From positions 74,338,001 through 74,402,000 of the forward strand of contig NC_134474.1 of NCBI RefSeq assembly GCF_964194025.1: a DNA stretch of 64,000 bases. The letters are read 5' to 3'. Source of the DNA: Convolutriloba macropyga (Eukaryota). Under the pieces are notes generated by a model. It was given only the letters and a program-made list of their open reading frames with translations. It was not told the origin of the DNA and searched no databases. This document shows positions 41,565 to 51,889 of the stretch, piece by piece. Numbering within the stretch: position 1 is the stretch's first letter; the number at the start of each line of letters is the position of its first letter. The position numbers and the translations under genes were made by a program.

Positions 41565-44500
41565 TTAATCACTGCTGTCACTTGCTTCAAAGTTAATGAG
41601 GGAGCACTGAAAAAGATCATCTTCAGAACTGCTGCTCCTATCGAAATCAACAACATCAGAATCACTAGTTTCCTCCTCAGTAGTAGCTCTAGCAACAATC
41701 ATTCCCGGGTCGGGTGGTGTCCAGTTTTCTGCCATATCAAGCATTTGATTCATGTGATCACTTAAATGTTTTCTCATTCTTTTTGCTGGAGGAGGAATGG
41801 GACTGGGAGGTGTCGGATAATCCCAGTCGACATCAGCGTCATTGTCTCTACCATTGAAAATTCTACTTAAACTTTCTTCTGAGACTGATTTGTAATCCCA
41901 ACTTATTTCACTGTCCTCTTTCTCATTATCGAACCAGCTATATGAATCAGTATCACTCTCTGCTGTAGATTGCGAACTGTTCCTTATAGAATAATGCCCA
42001 AATGGCAGTGTTCTCAAACCATCAGCCAGAATGTATCGTTTATTGTCGTACGCTGAGAGGGACACTTTGTTTTCGGATACTGTTTTTAGAATATGGTTTT
42101 CGGACGTTACTCTATTACTTATTGCTCGATATTGTTTTGCCATAACCAGTGTAGACTTGTACAGCTCGTGTGTCAACAACTTCTGGGCAGCTTTTGTTAC
42201 CCCTTTCGCCGACAGCTTTCTACAACCTGGAATAAAACAAAAGCAGATCAACCTCGAGTCTCAGGTGAGTTCTTATTTCAACATGCAAAAAAAGTGATCA
42301 GTTCTCGAGGAATAAAAGTATATATGTAATTTATTACTTACTTTTAGAAGTTATTGAATACATTTTGGGCTTCAAGCATATAAATTCCGAGATGTAGTCA
42401 CCAGCGAATTCATCCTTGAACTTGAGAACTCTGCTGTGGTTAACATCGGAGTAGAGTGGATGATTGTCAGGATAGTTTGAAAAATCGAATTCTGTACAAA
42501 CTTCTTTCTTCTTTGCCAAGTCGGCATAGAGGTCAGTCGTCTCAACTTTATACAATAGACTGTCGGTATCAGAGTACAAGAGTGAGCACCGAAAATTTGC
42601 GCGCATAATATCATAGTGGAACCCGTACATACGTAGTTTTGAAAGATCCAAGATGGTCACCCCGACAATAGTTGGTGTTGTCCATTTAATAAATTTTGGT
42701 CGAGAACAGATCGCCGCCATGTTTTCGCCGAATATTTTAAATTTGTCAAACTCGAATTTTGATGTAAGTTTTGCAGTTTTTTCGGCTTCCCGTGTTATGT
42801 CTACTTTCAGTCGTCTTCGTTTTGACTCAATTGTTTTCCCATATACCGAGTTGTTCATCAATTTGTAGTAGTTCTGTTCAAATCTGTTAGTTGCTTTTTT
42901 TCTCATGGCGCTGTTTAAGGTAATGTACGGTTCAAGCCACTTTGATTGTGTGAATTTGAGAACTCTGTGTACTTTTTTTGATACGCAACCCCAGTCGAAC
43001 ACAGAATTGCAGTAGTTTGTAGTGTAGGACATATTTGCTTTTGTCAAACATAGTTTGTAGTAGTTTGTTAACTTTATTTTCAGGTAAATTGTAACGCTGT
43101 TTAACCTCTAACTGATAATCGCTTAGCCAGTCGTCCTTTACTAGTGTTTTTTCTGGTGCCAATGGGTAGTCCCGCTGTTGATCATGTATTTCACTTGGGT
43201 ATTCTAAATCGACTTCACAGAAATGCCCAACTGAAGAGCTATCAGGGTGGTGTAGTAGTTCGTTTATTGAGATGTCGAAAACAAAACAAAAATCACCAAC
43301 GGGTAGCATCTCCTCCTGCATAACTCCACATATAAATTATTAGCGTCCACCATTAGCCCAAATGTGGACGTTTCCTTGGAGTTGAACCCAGGCAGGTAGC
43401 GGTTGTTTGCTTTAAAATGTCGACTTTCGAAAACAGAGGTTATACCCCCGCGTATCGCTGGCTCTATCATGTCCAGATGTTCCCGTTCAGTGAATAACTG
43501 AACTTCAGCTTTGGTGATACGAAGTGCGGCATCTTTTGCCTGTTTGGGGCAGTGAAGAACTGTACAACATCAATCTTGTAAGTTTTGAAACTAATTTTCC
43601 GACAATACTCGGAGCAGCAAGCTAATAAAGCACAATCTAATTTTAGATAGGCATCATGATAATCCTGCATGGTTTTACACCCAAGCAAATTCCACATTCT
43701 GTTTGCATGATTCCATTCGTTTTGCTTTATTGTTGTGCCATTTAGTGAGTTTTTCCATGCTTCTATTGGAGACAAACTATCTTCCGAGAACTTTGTCCGA
43801 TTAGACATGTATGAATATGGGTAGTAACCTTTTTGCTTGAGCAGGTCAAAGTGGTCACTAGGAGCTTCATTGAACATTACTTCTAAAATGCCGAATTCAG
43901 ATTGTGGTAAAGTTTCGGTGAGTTTTTCTAGAGATGCGTTAAAAAGCTTGGACGAGTCAACAAACCTAAGGAACTCATACACTGGAACAATTTGCCCATC
44001 CTTTTTCATCGTGTCCACTTGAACACCTAATTGCATCGAGATATATTTCTCGTCAGTTGCAGGTATTACGCTTATTGTTGTAGATGGCTCACTTTCCTGC
44101 AATGCCAGACAGATATGGTGGAGATCGTAATTTTTTATGTTGTGCCCAATTACGGGAATGATTTTTGACGTTCTCCGTAGTCGGTTGCATTGCGGATGGG
44201 CCCAGCCCAAAAATTTACACTGTAGTGGCAGTGGTCAAGGTCTTTTTCGTCATTTTCATCAAAATCAGTTTCGCAAATCCAACAAGCAACACTTTCTGTT
44301 TTTCCAAGTTTTGATCTGTCTCCAAGAAAATACGGATGTTTTTGTTTCTGCTTGTGAATATCATTTGCCAACTTGTGAAGCACTTTCACAAATATCTTCA
44401 TGCAATTTTCGGAGCTATCTAAGTGGGTATACTCTGGCTTCGGGTTGTTATGCTCAACAACAGTCAGAGCGAAACCGCAGGGCTCATGAATTTCTATGGT

Positions 44501-45916
44501 GGATGATGAGGAGACGTTTCCACTAAGTGAACAAGTAGATACTGGCCTTACGAAAGATTCAAAATCAAAGTAAATTACCAATGGGGCAAACCAGAGGGCA
44601 GACCAGTTGTTAAATTTGTAGATATTGCTGTTTTCGCTGGGCATTCGAACAAGGGCTGGTGAATGATCTTTACACCCTTCAACGTGTTCATCGAAAGCTG
44701 TGACACCGTCATAACATAACCAGAAACAGTTTCTGCATAAAATCAGGTAACTACGATGACTCACTGACCGCGGAAAGCAATAAAAATTGCACAGGTCCTT
44801 GATAAGAACATAGTGATGTTTATCTGAATCGTAAAGTAGCAGTAAATTAATAACCAACTCCTCTGAACTCTTTTTTGTTGAAATTCGCATAGGAAATAGA
44901 TCTGTTTTGTGGTGACCAAACACGTTAACTTGAACAGAATTAAGTTCCTCAAACTTGTTGAGACTACTAAGACCCAATGGCATCTGAAAATTGCCCGCTG
45001 GGAAAAGCGACTTCAGGTCTTTATAAGTTTCGGGATTTGTCGCTCTCAAAGTATCGTTTTGACCGTCAACTTTCATGCCAATACTTTCCTTCAGACATCT
45101 GGCTGCTATATAACAGTAGACAAAGCAGTTATTGTCATTGTGGCTTCGAATATTTAGAACAGCTTAGCATGTGGATAACTCGTAAGGAAGAGCTATGAAT
45201 GACGATCCCCGAATAGGTCTGTATTTCGCAAAGTTGAGATGTAAGCGAATCACCCGATCTAGTAGCCATCCACTCCCTGAAGACACGAAAGTAAAGAGAA
45301 CAGCCAACATTTTTTCCACCATCAAGGCAAAGTCGTCGTTTGAGATACCTCCAACAGTTACTGGGGTCATTAGTGAATTGGCAAATGTAACTAAATTTTC
45401 GTCGTCTTCATCAGTCTCGTGTTTTGGTTTGAAGAGTGATATTTCAGCAGAAAATTGAATTTTCTGGGGTCCTGAGCTTAATTTTTGCTCAATAAGTTCC
45501 TTTATTTGTGCTCGCTTGGACTTCATAAAGGTCTGCAAGTCCAACGAATTTTCTTCATTGTTTTCAGCTTCGATTACAAACGTTTGAACGTAACCATTAA
45601 ATGCGGACTGGGAGGGTATTTGTAAAGGCTGGAACTCTTCTCCAAAAACGGGAAGCGATTGAACAGAGCTCATATGTTGTGCGTAGAGGTGAGAATTGTT
45701 AAAACCAAGATAACAAGAACGACAACAATTTGTAAACTTTGAGTGAACTGTTCTCATATGTTCTTCAAGAGGAGACATTTCTCTAGTTGAAAACTCACAA
45801 ATTGAACATTGATAATGTGGTAAGCCGCACTCATCGGGATGAAATTGTGTTTCATGTCGCGATTTGTTTCCCGGTGTACTAAACGTTGAAGGGCAGAAGC
45901 GGCAAGAATAAGTCAT
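41565..45916 (-). pseudogene. polB: Protein-primed family B DNA polymerase (C2H2 fingers, TP/OTU-like region, exonuclease with EndoVII insert, polymerase, acidic tail); one intron, one nonsense codon, four frameshifts
   Basis: Motifs GSGW, GSSFIALP, NDNNCF/HYVLIKD (OTU-like Cys/His), YFDFES (ExoI), CWIC..DHCH..AHPQCN (EndoVII), HNIKNYD (ExoII), KGYYPY, YLKLD (ExoIII), DANNLY (A), KLMNNSVYGK (B), YSDTDS (C), KPKMYS, SAKGV, DNKRYI. Stop at 45164-45166; frameshifts near 44218, 43540, 43330 and 42975. Confidence 0.96.
42227..42341 (-). other. 115-bp spliceosomal GT-AG intron in polB
   Basis: Donor AAAA|GTAAGT at 42341 and acceptor TTTTGTTTTATTCCAG|GT at 42227; removal joins KMYSITSK-S-CRKLSAKGV in frame. 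Confidence 0.88.
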
Positions 45917-46076
45917 TTCAAAAGCAGTTATCAGAAGTAAATAAATGAAGTTGGATAAACGGTTTGTTTAATAATGTTCGTTACTCTGCAATAAAACTCA
46001 GTTCTGTGTAATACTCAATTTCACTCGTTACGACTGAATACATGTTTACAGTGTTTTGAAAATGGTACTGAAATAG

Positions 46077-46344
46077 GGCGGCAAATTTGATATTCAAATT
46101 GAACGTTTTTCTATAGGCTAATTTTGGCGCGCGCTTCAACTCCAAATTTATCTCGACCTCGAAAGACTTTGTCTTTTCTTAAAACTATTATCCCGGCTTT
46201 ATTATTATACCTAATTTGAAGCTAATGCACAAAAGGGATTTTCACTAGATAGGGCGCCAAATTTGAATTTCAAAATAGCGGCCTCTGGTTGACTGGAATC
46301 GGCGGGAAAATAGTTTCGAAATTTTAGTAAAATTAAACGCGAAA
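46077..46344. promoter_or_regulatory. Cluster of E2F (TTTSSCGC) sites with a CHR motif upstream of polB
   Basis: GCGGCAAA 46078-46085, TTTGGCGC 46123-46130, GCGCCAAA 46254-46261 followed by TTTGAA, GCGGGAAA 46302-46309, plus a partial CGCGAAA at ~46338. Confidence 0.6.
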
Positions 46345-47696
46345 AAAGGATTAAAACATTTTGCGATTGCGAATTCAAAAGATGTGCTAGTAGACCCTTA
46401 GATGGGTCATACCGAGTATTGTTGTTTGTGGATTACTTCAAAAAATGCATTTAAAAAAGCGGAAAAACATGTTACTTTATTTGAATTTTTTCAAAAAAGT
46501 GTCATTTTAGACCTTATCTATAACGGGTGGTTAGAGTTGTCCTACGTTGTCAAGTGTGATGAGCAAAATTGCTCCCCGGGCCGAAAAACATAGGTCAGCA
46601 CTTAAAAAATTGCTCTAAAACAACCAGAAAAAAAGTTATTTTTTTCTGTCAATCATCATAAATCAATGTCATTAAATGACAATTACATGACAGAAACATG
46701 TGTCTTTTTTCTGAAACCTTTTTCGATGACAGGTGTTATGAGAGAATTGATGCTGTGGGCCCACAATGTGCAAAAATGCAAAGAAACGCGATCTAACATC
46801 TTTCCTTAGGGTACTTCATATGCTAATTAATGCCAGATGTTAATGTGACATTGATGACCAGATGTTTTCGAAATTGGTGAAGGAGCCATTTTTCGGCCAT
46901 GATGGTTATGATCAAAAACATCCAGCATGTTCCCACAAAGACATTGCTGTAACAAAATCCAATTTTTTTTTTCCATTAATTAGCAATTATGTCAATTAGT
47001 CGCTAATTAGCCGTTAATTAGGCGCTAATTATCTCCGTAACGGTTAAGTTAAATTTGACGAGCGTGATGAGATGTTTTGTAGGACACAGTGTGCTGAGGA
47101 CCTCTGTACCATCAGTTTCATCTCAAGTGTTTCTCCTTTTTGGGGTCAAAGGTCAGAGGTCATCTATCAAAAAAATTTTCTTTTCAAAATATTCAATTTT
47201 TTTTAACAAACCTGCTTTTTTTTACCCTTTTGAACGAGAGCCCAAAACTAGGAGGTGTTGCTAGAGGAAGTTAAAACTTTTTTTAACTCAGCCTAATGAC
47301 ATCATTTTGTTTTAAAGTACAATTTTTTGATTTTTTTCTGTGAGAGATTACAATTTTTGACAATTTTTTCCAAATTATGAATGAATTTCAGGGTTCATAC
47401 GCTGCTACAGCTGCTGGCATAATGTTAACAGTTCTTTTGGGCCAAAAAACGTGCACATTTTGCAAAATAAAATTATTGTTAATTCCGAAAAACTTAAGGT
47501 TGAACATACAGATGTTAATAAATTTTATTGATTCGATAGTCTTAATCTGGATATTTTAGCTCAAAAACTAATCACTCCAAAGATCACATTCGTGCACCAT
47601 ATGTTTGCCATAAAAATCGTAATGAACAGACTCAAGTACGCCGTAGGCATACTTGGGACTGTATTCGCCAATCATTTGTTTTTAATTGAGTGTTTG

Positions 47697-48122
47697 ATGA
47701 CACATGTGTAATCCCAGCTTGCCGCCGCTATTGAGTTGGAGCGCTCACAACTTTATTTGAAAGAGATAAAATTTGGTTGCGCCATCTCTTTCACTTCCAT
47801 TAAAGACACAGAATTTGGCGATTGTTATTTCGACATTTCGAAAACTGCTGGGCGCTTAATCAGGGCAACTGTGAAAACGTATGAAAGGACGGGAACCTTT
47901 GTGTTTCTAAAATTGTTCAAGAAAGCGGAAAGCGATTACGATTGTCAGCAGAGAGTTTCTCTAACTGTTCTAGAATTTGAGAACTTGATTGAAAAGTCAG
48001 CTGATATACGCGCTCAGTTCACCCATGAGGAATCAACAAAACCACCTCCAGCAAAGAAAACACGATTCCAACAAAAATTAGAAGAAACTTCGAATAACAA
48101 CACCAGCAAAAAAAATGGTTGA
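47697..48122 (+). CDS. PC4/Sub1-like ssDNA-binding protein (premature TAA at 47709)
   Basis: GRLIRATVKTYERTGTFVFLKLFKK...QRVSLTVLEFENLIEKSADI matches the PC4 pattern (beta strands, then ISL..EQW..L.E...DI); NLS-like PPAKKTR; in-frame ATGs at 47601, 47622 and 47697 lie upstream of a single stop. Confidence 0.6.
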
Positions 48123-48804
48123 GGCGATGTACGAGCGCTCACCAAATTACTTTAAACAATTTCAAAAACAGTTCAAGTTTCAGATTGTCCAAGAGAAACC
48201 TACCCTTTCTAACACAAATGTTTATGCAGTGTGTGCCCATTTTGATTCTGAGTTTTGCGGTTTAGTAACTAACCATTATCACGTTTTGCTTGATACAACA
48301 ACTTTCGAAAAAGAAACTTTGAAACGAAACCAGAATTTTCCTGTGCCTTGTATTTTTACAACCTTCAAATTCTTATTTTCGACTGCAACAACTTTGGAGA
48401 CTAATGGAGACGTTTTTACAAAGCTCAAATTGGCGGTTGAATTCAACAGCTCCGCAGATAAAGTTGACTCACAGACAGTACGCAAACAACTGCCAGCTTT
48501 TGCCTGCCACAGTAATGTGAAAAACAGCAATGCAAAACCAGTGAATATGAATCAAAAACCCTGTGCAAAGATGCCAGTATTTGCTCAAAAGACTATCTAC
48601 AACGCCCGTCCTCCATCGAAACAAGTTCAAACTGATTTTGTTAATAGTGAAAGTATCCGAAGAGTTGAAAACATTTTGTCTGGTCCTCATTCGGGTGCTT
48701 TTTGTCAAATTATGGATATTTTTGTTAGTGGATACGGAAAACTGAATATTAATACTGATTTGTTGAGTGTTGGCCTTGTGTATGAAGAAAAAATTAAATT
48801 TTGA
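48115..48804 (+). CDS. 229-aa Polinton accessory protein with an HUH-like motif
   Basis: Intact ORF overlapping the PC4-like stop; YAVCAHFD...NHYHVLL motif; AATAAA follows the stop. The function is inferred. Confidence 0.7.
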   Translation: MVEAMYERSPNYFKQFQKQFKFQIVQEKPTLSNTNVYAVCAHFDSEFCGLVTNHYHVLLDTTTFEKETLKRNQNFPVPCIFTTFKFLFSTATTLETNGDVFTKLKLAVEFNSSADKVDSQTVRKQLPAFACHSNVKNSNAKPVNMNQKPCAKMPVFAQKTIYNARPPSKQVQTDFVNSESIRRVENILSGPHSGAFCQIMDIFVSGYGKLNINTDLLSVGLVYEEKIKF

Positions 48805-48839
48805 GAAAAAAAAATAAATTTATTGCAATCAAGGAAAGG

Positions 48840-49279
48840 TTAATACATCATATGAAAAGCAAAGCGAATTAATTGAGCATCACTCAGTTTTACAATTTTT
48901 TGTGAATTAAAAACATAATGAGCAATATAAATACAATAAAGTCCACACATTTTTTTGAATTTTTACTTTGAATTGGCTGATCCTTCAGTAACTGTTAAAT
49001 TTTTGCCTTTTCTTCTAGAGAAATTATTCTTTGGTAAACATCTTTGTATGACGAAATAGACTGTCCGAGAGGATCAGCAAAGAACAACTAATCCTCTTCC
49101 TCTTTCTGACACAATAGTAACCAATGGGTACCAAAACTTTCTGCAGTTGCTGCGTTAACAATTAGGAAACTGTTTGGTTTCAATTTTTGGGGAAAATTAT
49201 TTGCAGCGAAGACACCCAGAAATTTATGCTTGAGTAAAGCACATCTTAGAATTAGATCATTTATATCATCTTCGTCCAT
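48840..49279 (-). pseudogene. PRO: Adenain-like cysteine maturation protease
   Basis: FLGVFAAN, GTHW (His), FADPLG (Asp), IQS (Gln), CGLYC (Cys); in-frame stops at 49088-49090 and ~48995 and a +1 frameshift in an A-run near 48952. Confidence 0.92.
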
Positions 49280-49281
49280 TT

Positions 49282-50592
49282 TTAGTTTGTTAAAATCTGA
49301 TTCTTTGATACTCTTCTTGCACTATCAACAAAAATTGTACTAGCTTTTTCACCAAAAATGAAAATTTCAATATTGTTTGGTAAGGCCACAGAAAATTTTA
49401 ACTCAACATATATTGAACAATTTGTCAGTTCAGGGTGAATAAAGTCCTGGGATGCTTGTTGGGTACTGGTCAAATCAAAAACCATTACGAAATGGTTTGT
49501 GTAATCTGTCAAACTTATTCCATGTCCATTATCAATGTAAGCTAGATCCGATATTGTATTAAAGTAAAGACGTTTGTCGTCAGCTTTAGATGTTGGACCA
49601 TCTGCCACAGGCAAACCGTTTCGATATACATAAATCTGCTCTAGGCTGAATTTTCGGAAATGAAAAGGATTTTGCCGGTTGTTACCCAGAAAAGCTTCAT
49701 TTGTATTTAAGCAGATCGCCAGTCGGCGGATTGGTTCTCTCGCAAATATATCTTCTTGTTTCCAACTGTGTAGAACAGTTGAAGCTAGAAACGTATTTGT
49801 GAGGGTTTCAAGGTAAGGATAGAAGGCGGGACTACTTAATAATGTTTTTTCAATGGCGGACACAACAGTGTCATTAAGGGTCATCTTCCGCACAAACAAT
49901 TTAGCTTCGACAATTTTTACTTTGTATTGTTTCGCAGCATCATCAGACATTATATCAAAATCATCAATTGAGCGTCTGAATGCAATTCGAAGTGTCACGC
50001 CACTTAGCAGATGTCTGTCGCAAGTGAAAAAGTCTACAGCAATTTTGCCATAGAATGTGCATTCAGCTGATTGTCTCACCAAAAGTTTTCTTCTGTTCAC
50101 TTCCGCAGTTGATAGCGTTCCCGGGTTTTCCTCATAAGAGTAGCCCTGACAGGCCAGCCATGTATTTTTTGCATCTTTATTATGTGAAAACTCGGTCTCA
50201 ATGAAACTTTTGTGAGCATAATTTCCGTTAGCATTTGAAATTTTCAGTCCATTAGCAGACACTGTACAATCAGAGAATAGTGAATGTAACACATTATTAC
50301 AAAAGTAGGGAGAATCCGTTTTTGTAATGTCAGCGGCGGCTGTAGCGTCATATTTCAAATCAGCTTCAGAAGACTGGACAATTTTACATTTAACTTCGAG
50401 AAAAATTTTTTGTAAATCTATAAAGTTGTTTCTGTCACCAGCGACTTCAAATTCTAACATGGGTCCATTTGGGCTGTAGAATGGACCCAATTTTTGACAA
50501 AAACTACCATCAAAAGTCACCAGTAGTGAGGGTTTTTCAAATAAGTCCAGTGAGCTGTGAGTTGCTTCTGATAGTAGCAAATTAGCGATCAT
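49282..50592 (-). CDS. PY: Major capsid protein (double jelly-roll, hexon-like), 436 aa, open
   Basis: SSLDLF, GPMLEFEV, FIDLQKIFLEVKCKI, NNVLHSLFS, YAHKSFIETE, NPFHF and FDLT are Polinton PY motifs. Confidence 0.93.
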   Translation of the reverse strand: MIANLLLSEATHSSLDLFEKPSLLVTFDGSFCQKLGPFYSPNGPMLEFEVAGDRNNFIDLQKIFLEVKCKIVQSSEADLKYDATAAADITKTDSPYFCNNVLHSLFSDCTVSANGLKISNANGNYAHKSFIETEFSHNKDAKNTWLACQGYSYEENPGTLSTAEVNRRKLLVRQSAECTFYGKIAVDFFTCDRHLLSGVTLRIAFRRSIDDFDIMSDDAAKQYKVKIVEAKLFVRKMTLNDTVVSAIEKTLLSSPAFYPYLETLTNTFLASTVLHSWKQEDIFAREPIRRLAICLNTNEAFLGNNRQNPFHFRKFSLEQIYVYRNGLPVADGPTSKADDKRLYFNTISDLAYIDNGHGISLTDYTNHFVMVFDLTSTQQASQDFIHPELTNCSIYVELKFSVALPNNIEIFIFGEKASTIFVDSARRVSKNQILTN

Positions 50593-51003
50593 CGTTCACT
50601 TTAGCAAAAAAATCCGACCGACTTCTTTTTGGTGCTCTTTGCGTTGAAATGGTCTTTCTGCGTTTCTCGCCTACTTTCATTGGCTTGCCTCGTATTGATT
50701 TCCTCCTACGTGAAGTAATTCGTCGAGAGCCTCCAGTCTGTTTTAAACAGTTTTTGAAATTGTGTTCTTAATTGCTTGTCTAGGAGATTTTTTGTTGCCC
50801 ACTACATCCAGAATCTCTGGTACACTTTGTTTCAGAAGCTCTTTCCCAATACCTTTAGCAGTTGGCAAAATGAAGCGACATGCTAGGGGCAGTGCAACAC
50901 GTCCAATTCCTGCAGCTAAGGCGCCAAAACCACTTCCTCTTTGTCGATAATGTCCAGAGAAATGAAGCAAAGACGTCGCTTGATTAGCATAGTAAGAATC
51001 CAT
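50582..51003 (-). pseudogene. Small basic core/membrane-active virion protein (frameshift at ~50745)
   Basis: YYANQA...QRGSGFGAL.. amphipathic helix; after a 1-nt shift it continues KQTGG-SRRITSRRRKSIRGKP...KRSRSDFF to a stop that overlaps the MCP ATG; lies between penton and hexon. Confidence 0.78.
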
Positions 51004-51010
51004 TTTATTT

Positions 51011-51889
51011 TTAAAATTTTTTGAATTGTAGTGTTAGAATAACTTTTCCAGTTCCCGAAAACGGAACTAATTGTCCTGTTTCCGTCGGCAGTTCAATTGA
51101 AATTGATTGAATTGTATTGGTCAAAAGTTTCTTGTAGTCTAAATTTGTAAAAACGATTCGATGAGTTGGTTCAAGCTCGCATACACTACCGTTTTTCAGA
51201 CGTTGTTTCGAATCAATGACTCTCAAGAGAGGCGCCTTAGTGTCACCGACGTATTGGTATTCAATTATGTTTGTATAGATGAAAATAAGATGCTTTCCAG
51301 CATAAAGGTCGGCTGGAAATTGCCCATAATATGCTTTTGTGTCATCACTTTTCATAGGCCTGTTTTCATTTGGATTCATTTTGTACCCAATATGAATTCC
51401 ATTACCGTCAGGAATACCTTCAAAGCCAATAATGCTAGGGATTTCTTCACTGGGAAATGTAATTCCCTCATATTTCCCTAGCAAAATTTTGTATTTTCCA
51501 GAGCTCTTAATTTCTCTGAAAGAAAAATGGGGTAATCCAACTGTGCGCTTAACTGTGGCAAGAAGTTGCGCCACCGAATCAAATGTTCCTGGCATAAAAA
51601 CTAGTTTTTGCCCGCTATATGGTCTAGAAATAACATTGGCTCCAAAAGACATCTTTTGGGAATCTTTATATTCTTTTAAGTTGTACACAGTCAGATTTCC
51701 GTTTACAAAATTTTCTATTTTTGTTGGGAATATGATTTCGCTTAGCGCCACTGGCCCATCACCTGAAAGTTGAATTTCGTCATTTAAAAAATTCCGAAAT
51801 GATGCAAGTGTGTTTGAATCAAATATTTCCATTGAAGCGGATGAAACAACGTGAACTGTAAACTCGTCTTCAAACCGGTTTTTGGACAT
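51011..51889 (-). CDS. PX: Minor capsid protein (penton-like), 292 aa, open
   Basis: FTVHVVSSASMEIFDSNTLASFRNFL...VALSEIIFP and IFIYTNIIEYQYVGDTKAPLLRVI...G..VPF..GKVILTLQFK; ATG at 51889 overlaps the integrase stop. Confidence 0.9.
   Translation of the reverse strand: MSKNRFEDEFTVHVVSSASMEIFDSNTLASFRNFLNDEIQLSGDGPVALSEIIFPTKIENFVNGNLTVYNLKEYKDSQKMSFGANVISRPYSGQKLVFMPGTFDSVAQLLATVKRTVGLPHFSFREIKSSGKYKILLGKYEGITFPSEEIPSIIGFEGIPDGNGIHIGYKMNPNENRPMKSDDTKAYYGQFPADLYAGKHLIFIYTNIIEYQYVGDTKAPLLRVIDSKQRLKNGSVCELEPTHRIVFTNLDYKKLLTNTIQSISIELPTETGQLVPFSGTGKVILTLQFKKF

Noticed and set aside
46402-47559. Short ORFs in the Polinton central region as the missing ATPase
   Set aside because: No Walker A/B motifs; the sequence is AT-rich and looks non-coding.
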